Source: a virus
Taxonomy: Duplodnaviria; Caudoviricetes
Direction: 5' to 3' (one strand)
IMG/VR virus record: IMGVR_UViG_3300027991_000080
Coordinates: 12,741-76,740 of that record
DNA: 64,000 nucleotides
This document shows, in pieces, positions 9,333 to 18,672 of the stretch. Position 1 is the first letter of the stretch; every line of letters starts with the position of its first letter. Both the position numbers and the translations under genes were made by a program. The notes below the pieces were generated by a model, which saw only the letters and a list, made by a program, of their open reading frames with translations, was not told the origin of the DNA and ran no database searches.

Positions 9333-9986
9333 TTACCAGTCCGTCGACTCGCCGCCGTATTCAACCCATCCGTATCCGTGGATCGTAGTGAACATCGGCA
9401 TCGTACAGACGATGGCGGAATACCCGTTCGCGTAGGTGGCTCCGTGCGACCACGGCTCTTGCGGTACGTTCGGGTACGGGATCGTCAGATTGATCCGCTG
9501 GTAGTTCTGCGTCGCTGGCGTCGGCGTCGAGGTGAACGGACCGAGCTCCGCCCAGGTCTTCACGAGTCCGTTCAGCGTGTACGCGCCAGTTGTGTTCTCG
9601 AGGCGACACGAGATTTTGCGGTCAGGAGGAGGACTCACGATGGCACCGATCTCTACGTCGACCCAGGCACCGCGAGGTCCCACGCCGTCTTGGTATCGGT
9701 CACGACTGATCGGGCAGGTCACGTCGCAGGTGTCGGTCGGTGATCCGCCGTGAACGATGAGCTGGTGAGTGCCTGTGGTTACCGTCAGGTTTTGCAGTCC
9801 AGCAACGGTTGTCGGTATGAAGGTGCACGCCGAGATCTTGCAGGCCGATCCGGCCATCTGCTTCGAGTCGTAGACGGCAGGCACCGCGGGCGATGCGTCC
9901 GCAGGAGGCACAAGTGGTGTGCCGATGCCGACAGAAATCAGAACGGCTCCGAAGAGAACGAGGAAAATAGCCAGGATGTTTCTCAT
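9333..9986 (-). CDS. Secreted Cys-containing protein, paralog A
   Basis: Signal peptide MRNILAIFLVLFGAVL...; colinear with 9999..10655. Confidence 0.85.
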   Translation of the reverse strand: MRNILAIFLVLFGAVLISVGIGTPLVPPADASPAVPAVYDSKQMAGSACKISACTFIPTTVAGLQNLTVTTGTHQLIVHGGSPTDTCDVTCPISRDRYQDGVGPRGAWVDVEIGAIVSPPPDRKISCRLENTTGAYTLNGLVKTWAELGPFTSTPTPATQNYQRINLTIPYPNVPQEPWSHGATYANGYSAIVCTMPMFTTIHGYGWVEYGGESTDW

Positions 9987-9998
9987 TTGTGTTTCCTT

Positions 9999-10655
9999 TC
10001 ACCAGTCAGTTGACTCACCCGCGTACTCGGTCCAGCTATACCCCTCTATCCGTGTACCCCACGGAATAGTGCAGTCGATCGAAGAGTAACCGTTGGCGTA
10101 AGTCGCTCCGTGTGCCCACGCTGTCTGCGGGACGTTAGGGTACGGGATCGGGAGATCGATGCGCTGCGTGCCGTGCGATGTCGGTGTGAGCGTTAGCACA
10201 GTCGGACTGTTCGGACTGATCTCTCGCGTGAGCGAGCCGTTGAGCATGAACGTACCGGTGGTTTCGCTGAGGGTGCAGTAAATATTTCTGCCTCCTGGTG
10301 ACGACGAGACGGAGTTCACTTGAATCTCGATCCATGCTCCGCGAACCCCTACGCCGTCTTGGATCCTATCGCGGATGATCGGGCAGATGTATCCGCACGT
10401 GTCAGTCGGTCCCGCCTGAGGTCCCCAGGCGATGCCTAGAGAGTCCACTCCGGTAGCCTCGACATTGTACAGCCGATCCAATGTCATTGTCGCCGAGCAT
10501 CCGTGCGGTACGCACGCCGAGCCGGGCATGTTCTTCGTGTCATACACCGCTGGGACTGCAGGTGTCGCGCGAGCGACAGCTGAATAGCGGAGCGCGACAG
10601 ACATCACTACGAATCCGAGGATGATCAGACAGAGTGAGCTGACTTTCTTTTTCAT
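9999..10655 (-). CDS. Secreted Cys-containing protein, paralog B
   Basis: Signal peptide MKKKVSSLCLIILG...; shares PAVPAVYD, GSAC, DTC..CPI, PIPYPNVPQ, HGATYANGYS, GESTDW with paralog A. Confidence 0.85.
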   Translation of the reverse strand: MKKKVSSLCLIILGFVVMSVALRYSAVARATPAVPAVYDTKNMPGSACVPHGCSATMTLDRLYNVEATGVDSLGIAWGPQAGPTDTCGYICPIIRDRIQDGVGVRGAWIEIQVNSVSSSPGGRNIYCTLSETTGTFMLNGSLTREISPNSPTVLTLTPTSHGTQRIDLPIPYPNVPQTAWAHGATYANGYSSIDCTIPWGTRIEGYSWTEYAGESTDW

Positions 10656-10664
10656 GACTTCCTT

Positions 10665-10958
10665 TCAGGCCAGGCCTACGCCTGACTTCTTTCCGAAGAT
10701 GCGATCGTACCCCTTGCGGTACGCCGGCGTCGACACCTGTGCGGGCCCGTTGCGGTAGATCACTTCGACGTTGCGCCATCCGTCGGCGTCTTCCTTGCCG
10801 ACATTGACGAGTTCTTCACCGGGTGACATCGGAGTGCCTTCTTGGATCTCGTGGAAAGTGCCCACCTCGTACTCCCCCTCAACTCCGCGGTTTCGAACTA
10901 CTTGGCGCACGCCGTCTACCTGCGGCCCCAGGCGCACTCTGTCGATCGTGCGTTTCAT
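10665..10958 (-). CDS. Hypothetical protein
   Basis: 97 aa ORF in operon, ATGA overlap. Confidence 0.65.
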   Translation of the reverse strand: MKRTIDRVRLGPQVDGVRQVVRNRGVEGEYEVGTFHEIQEGTPMSPGEELVNVGKEDADGWRNVEVIYRNGPAQVSTPAYRKGYDRIFGKKSGVGLA

Positions 10959-11335
10959 GGAATTCCAGGGATAGCTCTCGACAGTTCATAGAGGTGCAAG
11001 TGCCTCACGATTTCGTCGACAGACATTCCTGTCATGTCGATGGTGGGCTTTCTGTCCTGGGTCGCCCACCCGCCTTCGAGTTGCATTCCGGATGACATTT
11101 CAGGTCCAGTGTACCAGAGCTCATCAACGCGAGAGATCTGCGCGCGATCGATGTCCAGGCCTAGGTAGCGCTTACCCTCATCCCAATATCGAGCAAGGAT
11201 GATCCATGAGCAGTGCGGGACAATCGGCAGTCGCTCGGACAGGTCGGCGACAAGTTTTCCGGCCGCTTCGATGTTCGCCGCTCGGTCAGGGCTCGAGAGA
11301 CGATGGGCAATGTAGACGTGTAGCCGTTCGGTCAT
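10955..11335 (-). CDS. Nucleoside deoxyribosyltransferase-like / DUF4406-like protein
   Basis: VYIAH, D...I..VDELW, SSGMQLE motif pattern; start MTERL at 11335. Confidence 0.7.
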   Translation of the reverse strand: MTERLHVYIAHRLSSPDRAANIEAAGKLVADLSERLPIVPHCSWIILARYWDEGKRYLGLDIDRAQISRVDELWYTGPEMSSGMQLEGGWATQDRKPTIDMTGMSVDEIVRHLHLYELSRAIPGIP

Positions 11336-11811
11336 TTTGACTGTTCCGCAGGGTGTCGGGGCCACGCTCCAAAGAGTCCAATGATCATGTTCTGCACCAT
11401 CGCATCAGGATCGAAGTCTTTCAGTTTTCCGTTCATCGTTGAGCACCGGATGGCGTAGCGTGCAGCGGTGCGTATTTGATCGAACAGAGGTTTTGATTCA
11501 AGCCCGGAGAAGGCGACACCGCGAAAAGGCGCCGGCGGCTCTTCGCGCCCCTCGGTGTAGAGCCAGTGGTCTTTCGGAAGCGGCATCGACGCGATGAAGC
11601 ATCCGCTCCCGTCTGGAAGACGAACAGGCTCGGTCGCCGTTGGGATTTCGTGCGACGTCCACACGGTGCGCCCCTCGAGCATCACCTCGATTCCGTCGTC
11701 GCGCATCGCGACACCGAAGAGGCCCATCGGAGCACGAAACCCGACGCCGTTGAAAACTTCGTAAAACACGATTGTTGGCTCCCCGCCAACGAGTTCTGCT
11801 TCGACCTTCAT
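11332..11811 (-). CDS. Hypothetical protein
   Basis: Start MKVEAE at 11811 overlapping upstream stop. Confidence 0.6.
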   Translation of the reverse strand: MKVEAELVGGEPTIVFYEVFNGVGFRAPMGLFGVAMRDDGIEVMLEGRTVWTSHEIPTATEPVRLPDGSGCFIASMPLPKDHWLYTEGREEPPAPFRGVAFSGLESKPLFDQIRTAARYAIRCSTMNGKLKDFDPDAMVQNMIIGLFGAWPRHPAEQSK

Positions 11812-12293
11812 GGCTTGGCTCCCAGTCCGCCGGTGCTCGCTTCGAATTCCTGGATACCTTGATAGATCGCAGCGCGCATGTTGATAAATCCGACAACTCC
11901 TCCGTGCATCATTGCGCGCAAGTACATTGCAAGCGGAGTGGCGTGGCCGTCTCCCGGGATACCTTGCGAATCCTCGTGTTCGATAACTCGCCACGCCAGA
12001 GCACGCCAGACGACATCCGTTTTGCTTGAGAGATCTTCCTCCGACAACTCGAAGACCCGTCGCCGCTCCTCCTCGCGAAACGTGTACCAAAGCGCCGACT
12101 TCAGATCGCGCATCGGCGTCTCGCTCTGCTTGAGCCCACACCGCCAGATGTACTTGACGGCGTTGCCGAGGTTGAGAGGCAAGTGTTCAATGAGCTCGAT
12201 GCACTCGATGTTCGAGCCGTGCTGGTTGTAATGACGGGGGTGGTTCACCCGCTCGTTTGGATCTTCACTCTGCGTTGTCGGCATGCTTCGCAT
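11808..12293 (-). CDS. DUF3310 (SaV-like) phage protein
   Basis: VNHPRHY...IECIELI...GNAVKYIWRCGLK...DLKSALWY. Confidence 0.85.
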   Translation of the reverse strand: MRSMPTTQSEDPNERVNHPRHYNQHGSNIECIELIEHLPLNLGNAVKYIWRCGLKQSETPMRDLKSALWYTFREEERRRVFELSEEDLSSKTDVVWRALAWRVIEHEDSQGIPGDGHATPLAMYLRAMMHGGVVGFINMRAAIYQGIQEFEASTGGLGAKP

Positions 12294-12909
12294 CTTCCTT
12301 CATCCGCTCCAATGCGGCGTTCGTAAAAATGGCCACCTCGTTCGCAGTCGCCGGTCTCGGTTCTGCCGACACCCACTCCTCCCCGATCGGCCAGCAAACG
12401 GTTGCGTGATCCGGATCGGGTAGCGGGCGTCGGGTGACAATGGTGACGGTACCGTCTTCTGGGAACGACTCGTGAAGCAGCAACGCCTCTTCGGTATACT
12501 TGTCGCCGGCGACGTAGGAGTGCTCGCGCGAGCGCAGACGTACCGGGCGCGGAGCAAAATCGGGAACGAGACCTCCGCCTTCGCCGCAACGGATGCGGCC
12601 GAGCGTGTGGGTAGGGGGGTCTACCGCGTAGGCGTCACGGATGTGGTTCGGTTTCCAGGACGTACCGAATCCGTCGAACGCTACGTCCCAGATCCGATTG
12701 ACGACCCACCCACAGACGATCTCCGATTCGAAATCCCACGGGTGACTGTGGATCGTAGAAACGTTTTTGACAGCGAACCGCGGACACCAGATGTGCATCC
12801 GCACGTCCGACGACAGGTAGAGACGCAGCATCCCGAGCCCTTGGTAGGACCATCGGTATCGGTTGCCTTGCTCGAGGATGCGGGTGACGAGGAGCTGAGT
12901 CGTGTTCAT
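12265..12909 (-). CDS. Cupin-fold protein (possible dioxygenase-like)
   Basis: RMHIW...IHSHPWDFESEIVCG HxH motif and downstream LHES. Confidence 0.55.
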   Translation of the reverse strand: MNTTQLLVTRILEQGNRYRWSYQGLGMLRLYLSSDVRMHIWCPRFAVKNVSTIHSHPWDFESEIVCGWVVNRIWDVAFDGFGTSWKPNHIRDAYAVDPPTHTLGRIRCGEGGGLVPDFAPRPVRLRSREHSYVAGDKYTEEALLLHESFPEDGTVTIVTRRPLPDPDHATVCWPIGEEWVSAEPRPATANEVAIFTNAALERMKEDAKHADNAE

Positions 12910-12918
12910 CTCCGAGCC

Positions 12919-12981
12919 ACTCTACCGCCCATCCCGCCTCCGGTCAATTCTATTGTTTTCAACGTCCACAACTGCTAGCAT
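12919..12981. promoter_or_regulatory. Divergent sigma70-like promoters
   Basis: Minus strand TTGACC-17-TAGAGT (12947..12919); plus strand TTGTTT-17-TAGCAT (12953..12981). Confidence 0.5.
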
Positions 12982-12989
12982 TCGTCGCC

Positions 12990-13976
12990 ATGGGATATGC
13001 CTGCAAAATTCTCGCTGATTCAATCTCACTCGCCGGCCATCGAATCACGACATTCGAGGTGACGTTTCCTCGCATCGTGCTCGCGGAGGTCAACACTCAC
13101 TGCATGCTCGCGCGCTGTAGCGCTAGCTCACGAGCTCAACCGGTACCGAAGAAGATCAACGCCGTTCAACTCGATCCGTTCATTCCGGAAGCGTTTGGGC
13201 GCAACCAGAAGGGCATGCAGCCAGGAGAAGCGCTCGATGGACAGGAAGATCGGAAGGCGCGAGAGCTCTGGGTAACCGCTGCCTCTGACGCCGTCTATAA
13301 CGCCGGCAGGCTCGCAGCACTCGGCGTGCATAAGCAGTACGCGAACCGCCTTCTCGAGCCGTTCAGCTGGCACACGGCCGTCATCACGGCGACGGAGTGG
13401 GACAACTTCGAACACTTGCGCGTGAACCCGATGGCGCAGGGCGAGTTCCAGACGATCGCACGGATGATGAAGGAAGCGCGCGAGCATAGCGAGCCGCGCA
13501 AGCTGCTCGAGGATGAGTGGCACATGCCGTACGTCGGATTCCACGAGGGGATCGAGCTACAGAAGGACGCGATCAATCCGGTGAAGGTGTCGGTTGCTCG
13601 CTGCGCTCGCGTCTCGACTCTCACCCAAGATGGCGTCAGGGACTCTCGCGCAGACGTCGCGCTGTACGAGCGCCTTCTCGAGTCGGGGCACATGTCTCCG
13701 CTGGAGCATGTTGCGCGACCGATGACGAAGTGGGAACTTCTTATTACCGAATCTTTCGATATCGCGCTCGATGACGGACCGATCTTGCGCGTGGCCTCTT
13801 CATCCTTAGACAAGGCCCCAACGATCGGTGATACCTGGAGGACGGAAGACAGTCTGAAAACGATCACCTATGCCAGGGGTCCGGTTCACTTTTCTGCAAA
13901 ATTCAACGGCTGGGTCTCGCGACGCCAGTTCGTACACGGGGAGCATGATATCCTCGGACACCGAGCCGCAAAATGA
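12990..13976 (+). CDS. thyX: FAD-dependent thymidylate synthase-like protein (phage ThyX type)
   Basis: RITTFEVTFPR..LAEVNTH...SASSRA, HKQYANRLLEPF, GHMSPLEH. Confidence 0.8.
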   Translation: MGYACKILADSISLAGHRITTFEVTFPRIVLAEVNTHCMLARCSASSRAQPVPKKINAVQLDPFIPEAFGRNQKGMQPGEALDGQEDRKARELWVTAASDAVYNAGRLAALGVHKQYANRLLEPFSWHTAVITATEWDNFEHLRVNPMAQGEFQTIARMMKEAREHSEPRKLLEDEWHMPYVGFHEGIELQKDAINPVKVSVARCARVSTLTQDGVRDSRADVALYERLLESGHMSPLEHVARPMTKWELLITESFDIALDDGPILRVASSSLDKAPTIGDTWRTEDSLKTITYARGPVHFSAKFNGWVSRRQFVHGEHDILGHRAAK

Positions 13977-14242
13977 ACCATCGAGAAAAAACCAAGAAAC
14001 TGATCGAGCTCGCCTCCGACGAGCGCACGCCGAAGGAAGAGCGAGCGGTCGCTGCGGTGCAGGCGGTCGCGCTCATCCACAAGTACGACTTGCTCTCGAG
14101 TCCGCTCGACGGAATCGCTGACATCGACAACGACACCGTACAGGCCGCTCGGGCCATCTATGAGACGTTCACCAATCCGAGCGTTGCTAGCGCTTTCAAG
14201 AAGGTGGGCGCCAAGCTCAAGAAGAGACGGTCTGGTCGGTAG
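13973..14242 (+). CDS. DUF2786-like small helical protein
   Basis: KKLIELA...EE...A...A..LIHKY pattern. Confidence 0.5.
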   Translation: MNHREKTKKLIELASDERTPKEERAVAAVQAVALIHKYDLLSSPLDGIADIDNDTVQAARAIYETFTNPSVASAFKKVGAKLKKRRSGR

Positions 14243-14475
14243 ACCCTGGCGGGGGTACCATCTGGATCATGGCCACACGTCATCAAGTGATCTCGAAGCC
14301 GAAGAAAAAGAAGAAGCAGGACTCCGCCACGACGAAGCATCGTATGCAGCAGTTGTGGAAGAAGGCTACCGGAGGCGTGCGCAGCAGCAACTCTCGCTGA
14401 GTTTCAGGTAGAGAGCGAAGACCGGCCACGCGACTAGGCAGACGCCAAGGAAGGCGGCGTCTGCGGCGGTGAGTT

Positions 14476-14646
14476 TCATCGTTTTCCTTCCTTCTCGAGT
14501 CGCTCTACGCCCATCGTCGCCGCCAAGCGCAGCACCTCGGCACGGGTGACGTCGATCCCGGGGCGTGACATGCGCTTCGCGATCTTGTCGATCCGTTCGA
14601 TGAGGTTCTCTGGAAGTCGGATGCCGGTGTGGACTTGCTTACTCAT
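14476..14646 (-). CDS. Ribbon-helix-helix (CopG-like) regulator
   Basis: GIRLPENLIERIDKIA...TRAEVLRLAA; start MSKQ at 14646. Confidence 0.75.
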   Translation of the reverse strand: MSKQVHTGIRLPENLIERIDKIAKRMSRPGIDVTRAEVLRLAATMGVERLEKEGKR

Positions 14647-14858
14647 GTGGATTTTTTCTGGGCGTGTTCCGGACACCATACATCACCGTCCCTACAAGCC
14701 CACTCGGATCCTCCGCCGTCAGGCTTGAGCGGGAAATCGATATCACGATATAGAACCGGATCCATGTGATCTGGTCCAGTGTAGGCGATTGCTGTTGCAG
14801 TGGTGTATCGCTTGCAATCCTGGTTTCCGCAATGAGCCACGATAGGAGCGCGGATCAT
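14643..14858 (-). CDS. Small Cys-containing hypothetical protein
   Basis: CGNQDC...WCPEH; ATGA coupling. Confidence 0.55.
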   Translation of the reverse strand: MIRAPIVAHCGNQDCKRYTTATAIAYTGPDHMDPVLYRDIDFPLKPDGGGSEWACRDGDVWCPEHAQKKST

Positions 14859-15109
14859 TTTTTCTCCGGGTGGAACTTCCCGTCTCGGAAGATCCCGTTC
14901 GACTTCGCCCAGACGTCCTCGCGATGCTCGCGTCGCTTGCGCATCTCGTCGGTCGTAGCGGCGAGTTTGGCGGTGTGCTCGGTCAGATCCTCTCGCGCCT
15001 TCCTGAGAGCGCGTAGCGCCGGGTAGGATGGGCGGTTCACAGGGGCGCCTCGAACTCCGTCGTGGACGGGACCTCGGTGTCCGGAGAAACCGTGAGTGCG
15101 AGCAGGCAC
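14855..15109 (-). CDS. Hypothetical coiled-coil protein (start uncertain)
   Basis: ORF in operon; helical LRKAREDL... segment. Confidence 0.4.
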   Translation of the reverse strand: MPARTHGFSGHRGPVHDGVRGAPVNRPSYPALRALRKAREDLTEHTAKLAATTDEMRKRREHREDVWAKSNGIFRDGKFHPEKK

Positions 15110-15270
15110 AGCTCCGGAGTGATGCCTTCGCGAAAGCCGACGTCTTCGATGTACGCCTTCCAGATCACATGGGTCTTTCCGTCGGTGCCGTTGACCACGT
15201 CGACCTCGGAGCTGGAGTATCGTCCAGCGGCTACCTTCTTCACTTCTTCGTTGAACTGGAACAGTGTCAT
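15037..15270 (-). CDS. Hypothetical protein
   Basis: ATG at 15270 (MTLFQF) overlapping upstream TGA with GGAGG upstream. Confidence 0.6.
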   Translation of the reverse strand: MTLFQFNEEVKKVAAGRYSSSEVDVVNGTDGKTHVIWKAYIEDVGFREGITPELCLLALTVSPDTEVPSTTEFEAPL

Positions 15271-15602
15271 TCTTCCTCCGGCCATTCGATCAAAACGTGA
15301 AACCCTTTGACCTCGATGGTCACTCCGTCGTGTTGACGTACGAGGCGCACGCGAGCCGTGGGAGGGATACGTTCTTCCGGCGGCTTGCAACCAGACATCT
15401 CTGCCGCGAGATCGCGAATCTCTTCGAGGGAAAGTTTCACTCGATTGGTTTTCACGATCGTTCTCGCTTGAGATAGGCGGCAGGATATCCGCCGTTCGCT
15501 TCTGAAACGCAGACAAGTTCCCATCCGTCTCTTCCGAACGAATTGAGTACTTGCTGACGGTTTTCCTTGGAGCCAGCTAGGGTCACCTCGATGTACTCCC
15601 AC
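15267..15602 (-). CDS. Hypothetical protein (start uncertain)
   Basis: ORF track; fits operon. Confidence 0.45.
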   Translation of the reverse strand: MGVHRGDPSWLQGKPSASTQFVRKRRMGTCLRFRSERRISCRLSQARTIVKTNRVKLSLEEIRDLAAEMSGCKPPEERIPPTARVRLVRQHDGVTIEVKGFHVLIEWPEEE

Positions 15603-15606
15603 TTTT

Positions 15607-15978
15607 TCATCCGTCCTCCGAATTCAGCGCCAGTACGAGCGTGAGCTGACCGAGGGCGTCAGCTACGTCAGCGCCTAGACATCTGTTCGATGTTGGCGCG
15701 TCTTCGCCGAAGTTGTCACTCGACGCCTCCCATTTGAATCCGTCCAGGTTGTGCTTGAGGGATCGCAGCGTGAAATTTCCACCCGTCTTCTCGATGACTT
15801 CGAGGATCTTGAGCGCCTGAGCGGCTCGGATTAAGGCCACCTCGAGCCGAGAAACGTTTTCTCCTTCCTCTGCTTTCGGAATGAGGGTCAGATCCAGGTT
15901 CTCCTTCCTCGCCTTCTCGAGCAGGATCGCCACCCCTTCCAGGATCTCGACGTCGGTCACAGTGTTCACGGTGATCAC
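15607..15978 (-). CDS. Hypothetical protein
   Basis: 123 aa; GTGA overlap with upstream gene. Confidence 0.65.
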   Translation of the reverse strand: MITVNTVTDVEILEGVAILLEKARKENLDLTLIPKAEEGENVSRLEVALIRAAQALKILEVIEKTGGNFTLRSLKHNLDGFKWEASSDNFGEDAPTSNRCLGADVADALGQLTLVLALNSEDG

Positions 15979-16175
15979 GGTTTCACCTTGCGGAGCGGAC
16001 TGTCGCGAGTGGTGACCTCGAGAGCATCCATGGCAGCGCGATGCGGATCAGAAAAATGGCGTCCAGCGATGTCTCGCTCGTGAACCCATGCGTCCGCGGC
16101 TGCGCAGGCGATGGGCGACGACTCGAGCCATTCCTGCTCCTCTTTTTTGGAGAGACGCCAGATGGATTTGTTCAT
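15975..16175 (-). CDS. Hypothetical protein
   Basis: ATG 16175 (MNKSIW) just after upstream TAA. Confidence 0.55.
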   Translation of the reverse strand: MNKSIWRLSKKEEQEWLESSPIACAAADAWVHERDIAGRHFSDPHRAAMDALEVTTRDSPLRKVKP

Positions 16176-16177
16176 TT

Positions 16178-16522
16178 TTACCCCTGCTCTTTCTTGAGCC
16201 GCTTCATCCACCGAGCGGCATGAACAGCTCGCTCCCGATTGTTGCCGCCTTCGTTGTTGATCATGTCTCGCATCAGGCCTTCAAGGTCGCCGCGACGACG
16301 CCGGCAAGAACGAATCAGAGATACGCCGTTGGTTGCTCCGAGTTCACCGCGCGTGAGGCGAATTCCGGCGTGGGAGTTGACTACTAGATCGATCAGGTTG
16401 ACCTCTGCAGTGAGCCACTTGTGGCCGTACGCTTTGGCCTGAAGGATCCCGGTCGCCCAGGACGGAAGCGTTTGCTTCGAGCGGTAGAACTCGACGTCGG
16501 TCAGGTTGGGGAAACGACCCAT
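16178..16522 (-). CDS. Hypothetical protein
   Basis: ATG 16522 (MGRFPN); divergent from rhomboid. Confidence 0.5.
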   Translation of the reverse strand: MGRFPNLTDVEFYRSKQTLPSWATGILQAKAYGHKWLTAEVNLIDLVVNSHAGIRLTRGELGATNGVSLIRSCRRRRGDLEGLMRDMINNEGGNNRERAVHAARWMKRLKKEQG

Positions 16523-16550
16523 GCTAGGCCCTACGCCCACCCTCCCAAAA

Positions 16551-17171
16551 ATGTTCCCTCCCGTCAATCACTGTTTGACAGGGGAGAACGGGAGGACACA
16601 ATGCGTAGGACGGATCATGGTGCGCGAAACTGTTCCGATGACCGCCCTTCTTACAGTGGGACTGATCGGGGCCTACGAGCTCGAGAAGCAGGCCGGCGGG
16701 TACGAGGTGTGTCTGAAGTACGGGTTCAAGCCGGATCAGGCGACACTGGAAACCGCGGCAACATCAGTATTTCTTCATGATCCGAGCTCGGTTTTCCACC
16801 TGGTTGGAAATGTTGCCTGTCTCCTTGTTTTCGGGATCATCGTCGAGCGGGCCATCGGGAGTCTTCGTTTTCTGATGCTCTTCCTGGCCGCTGGCGTAGG
16901 CGGAGCGCTGCTCCACGGGGTCATCTACGCCGGGTCGTCAACGCCTCTGGTCGGCTGCTCCGGGGCGGTATTCGGTCTTCTGGCGCTCGCCTGCGTTATC
17001 CGTCCGAGTCTCCTCTGGGCCGGAGCCGCGATGGTTGGATTCGAGATCTGGAAAGCGTTCTCGTGTTCCTGCGACGGGCCTTCGTTTGCGTGTCACCTGG
17101 GCGGTTTCTCTGTGGGTGCCTTCGTTGTCGTCGTGATGTGGCTGGTCGGCAGTGAGGTCCTGGAGTCATGA
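16551..17171 (+). CDS. Rhomboid-family intramembrane serine protease
   Basis: FLH...FHLVGN, ERAIG, catalytic GCSG and HLGG motifs, several TM segments. Confidence 0.9.
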   Translation: MFPPVNHCLTGENGRTQCVGRIMVRETVPMTALLTVGLIGAYELEKQAGGYEVCLKYGFKPDQATLETAATSVFLHDPSSVFHLVGNVACLLVFGIIVERAIGSLRFLMLFLAAGVGGALLHGVIYAGSSTPLVGCSGAVFGLLALACVIRPSLLWAGAAMVGFEIWKAFSCSCDGPSFACHLGGFSVGAFVVVVMWLVGSEVLES

Positions 17172-17407
17172 AAACGCTCCCTCCCGCCTCAGGTGGTCCC
17201 TCGATGAGCCGCTACCAAAAACTCGAGAACGAGCGCCTGTACTGGGTCTCTCGGTACATCGAGTGGCAGTCCCAAGGGTGGCTGCCAGAGGCGAAGATCG
17301 CGCTCGAAAACATTCGCGTAATCCGTGACGAGATGGCTCGCATGAACAACCCGCGGGTATTGCCCCCACCGACGGTGAGGCTTCCGCGGCCGAAGGGGGT
17401 ACGATGA
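17168..17407 (+). CDS. Hypothetical protein
   Basis: ATGA coupled on both sides. Confidence 0.55.
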   Translation: MKTLPPASGGPSMSRYQKLENERLYWVSRYIEWQSQGWLPEAKIALENIRVIRDEMARMNNPRVLPPPTVRLPRPKGVR

Positions 17408-17742
17408 ACGCAAAATTGGATCCGGCCGTTCTCCGCGCCACGAGCGCCGAGCACGCTATCGAAGTTCGCCGGCTGGAGCTCGTAGACATCTTACACGAGG
17501 TGGACAAGGTCCCGCACCCGGGAGGCGTCGTATCTCACGACGCAGCGCTGTGGGTTACGCTCGCTCGAGGCGACTCCGCGATCGTGGTCGTGTTCGTTCC
17601 AGGGGTCGATCGAGTCGGGGTTACGGCGTATTATCAACGTCGGTACATCTCGTACCGTGAGAGTTCGAGGGAAGAGGCCGAAACCATGGTGACGGAGCTT
17701 CGATCAAGAGGGTTCGTCCCGAACGAATGGAACACGAAATGA
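17404..17742 (+). CDS. Hypothetical protein
   Basis: ATGA coupled. Confidence 0.6.
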   Translation: MNAKLDPAVLRATSAEHAIEVRRLELVDILHEVDKVPHPGGVVSHDAALWVTLARGDSAIVVVFVPGVDRVGVTAYYQRRYISYRESSREEAETMVTELRSRGFVPNEWNTK

Positions 17743-18116
17743 ATCACGTCGTACAAGTGGCAGAGATCCCGATTGGCAGCATTCTCCGTGTTGTTTCAGG
17801 TGGCTCGACGATGTTCGTGCAGCTCATCCAAACGAATGGAGCTCGGCTCTTCGTGGATGTTCACAGCGAGCCGGTCGATTTTAGCGACTGGGAGTACGCC
17901 ACCCGGCTCGAGACGGAAACGTTTCGGACCACTCGGCGGGCGGAGCTGTTTGCCGATGAGGTCGATAAAAACGGAGCGCCGGCGTTCGTAGCAAGGATCC
18001 GCTGGTTCCCCGGGATAGATCGAGACGTGCTACTGCGTCGCATCGCTGCAGCACTGACCGCACGCGGCAAGAGCGGGAAGGCCAGCCAGGTACTCTCGTA
18101 CCTGACCCAGGACTAG
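17739..18116 (+). CDS. Hypothetical protein
   Basis: ATG 17739 overlapping upstream TGA. Confidence 0.6.
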   Translation: MNHVVQVAEIPIGSILRVVSGGSTMFVQLIQTNGARLFVDVHSEPVDFSDWEYATRLETETFRTTRRAELFADEVDKNGAPAFVARIRWFPGIDRDVLLRRIAAALTARGKSGKASQVLSYLTQD

Positions 18117-18655
18117 CGTTCCGCTGCCGGTTCCGGTACGCCTGCGCGCTCGAGAGCGGCGTCGATCCTGAACGCTAGGCGAACCCTCTTCTCGGCTCCC
18201 GACCACGAGCAGGGGCGCGCCGCGAGGGCGGCAAAGGCACCGTGGAACGGGGTCGCAGCGTGCTCCCGGCAACGGTGCATCCCGTGCCACATTTGACGCA
18301 TGGCGCAACGCGCTTCCTCTGCCATTGATTCGTCGGATCCGGCCGGAAATGCGTAGGCGGTTCGGCACCAGGGATGAACTTGCCAGACCCCTCTAGCCCT
18401 ACCGTGATCGCAGTCATCGTCCGGCATTCGTTCGCAGTGACCCTCCACGACATGGCTCGCCATATGGGTCTCGGCGTCGGCATCGGCGAGCAGCAACGAG
18501 AGCGCGTAGCGCGTCTGAGCAGCGGCTACAGCGGCGCGCACGACCCGTTCGACTCGTGCTTGTCGTACGGAAGGCTCTTCGCCCTTGTCGACCTTTGACG
18601 CAGGTAAAATTTGAAGGACTACAGCGACAACAACGGCAACGATTGTCTCGGGCAT
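18113..18655 (-). CDS. Lysozyme-fold / lytic transglycosylase-like protein with N-terminal anchor
   Basis: Hydrophobic N-terminus; DAET (candidate catalytic Glu) and GRARGVWQV (GxxQ) motifs. Confidence 0.65.
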   Translation of the reverse strand: MPETIVAVVVAVVLQILPASKVDKGEEPSVRQARVERVVRAAVAAAQTRYALSLLLADADAETHMASHVVEGHCERMPDDDCDHGRARGVWQVHPWCRTAYAFPAGSDESMAEEARCAMRQMWHGMHRCREHAATPFHGAFAALAARPCSWSGAEKRVRLAFRIDAALERAGVPEPAAER

Positions 18656-18672
18656 GCTACGTGAGTAGCACG

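Noticed and set aside
14366-14479. 37-aa minus-strand ORF (MKLTAADAAFLGVCLVAWPVFALYLK...) coupled to the RHH gene
   Set aside because: Plausible small membrane peptide but too short to support without homologues
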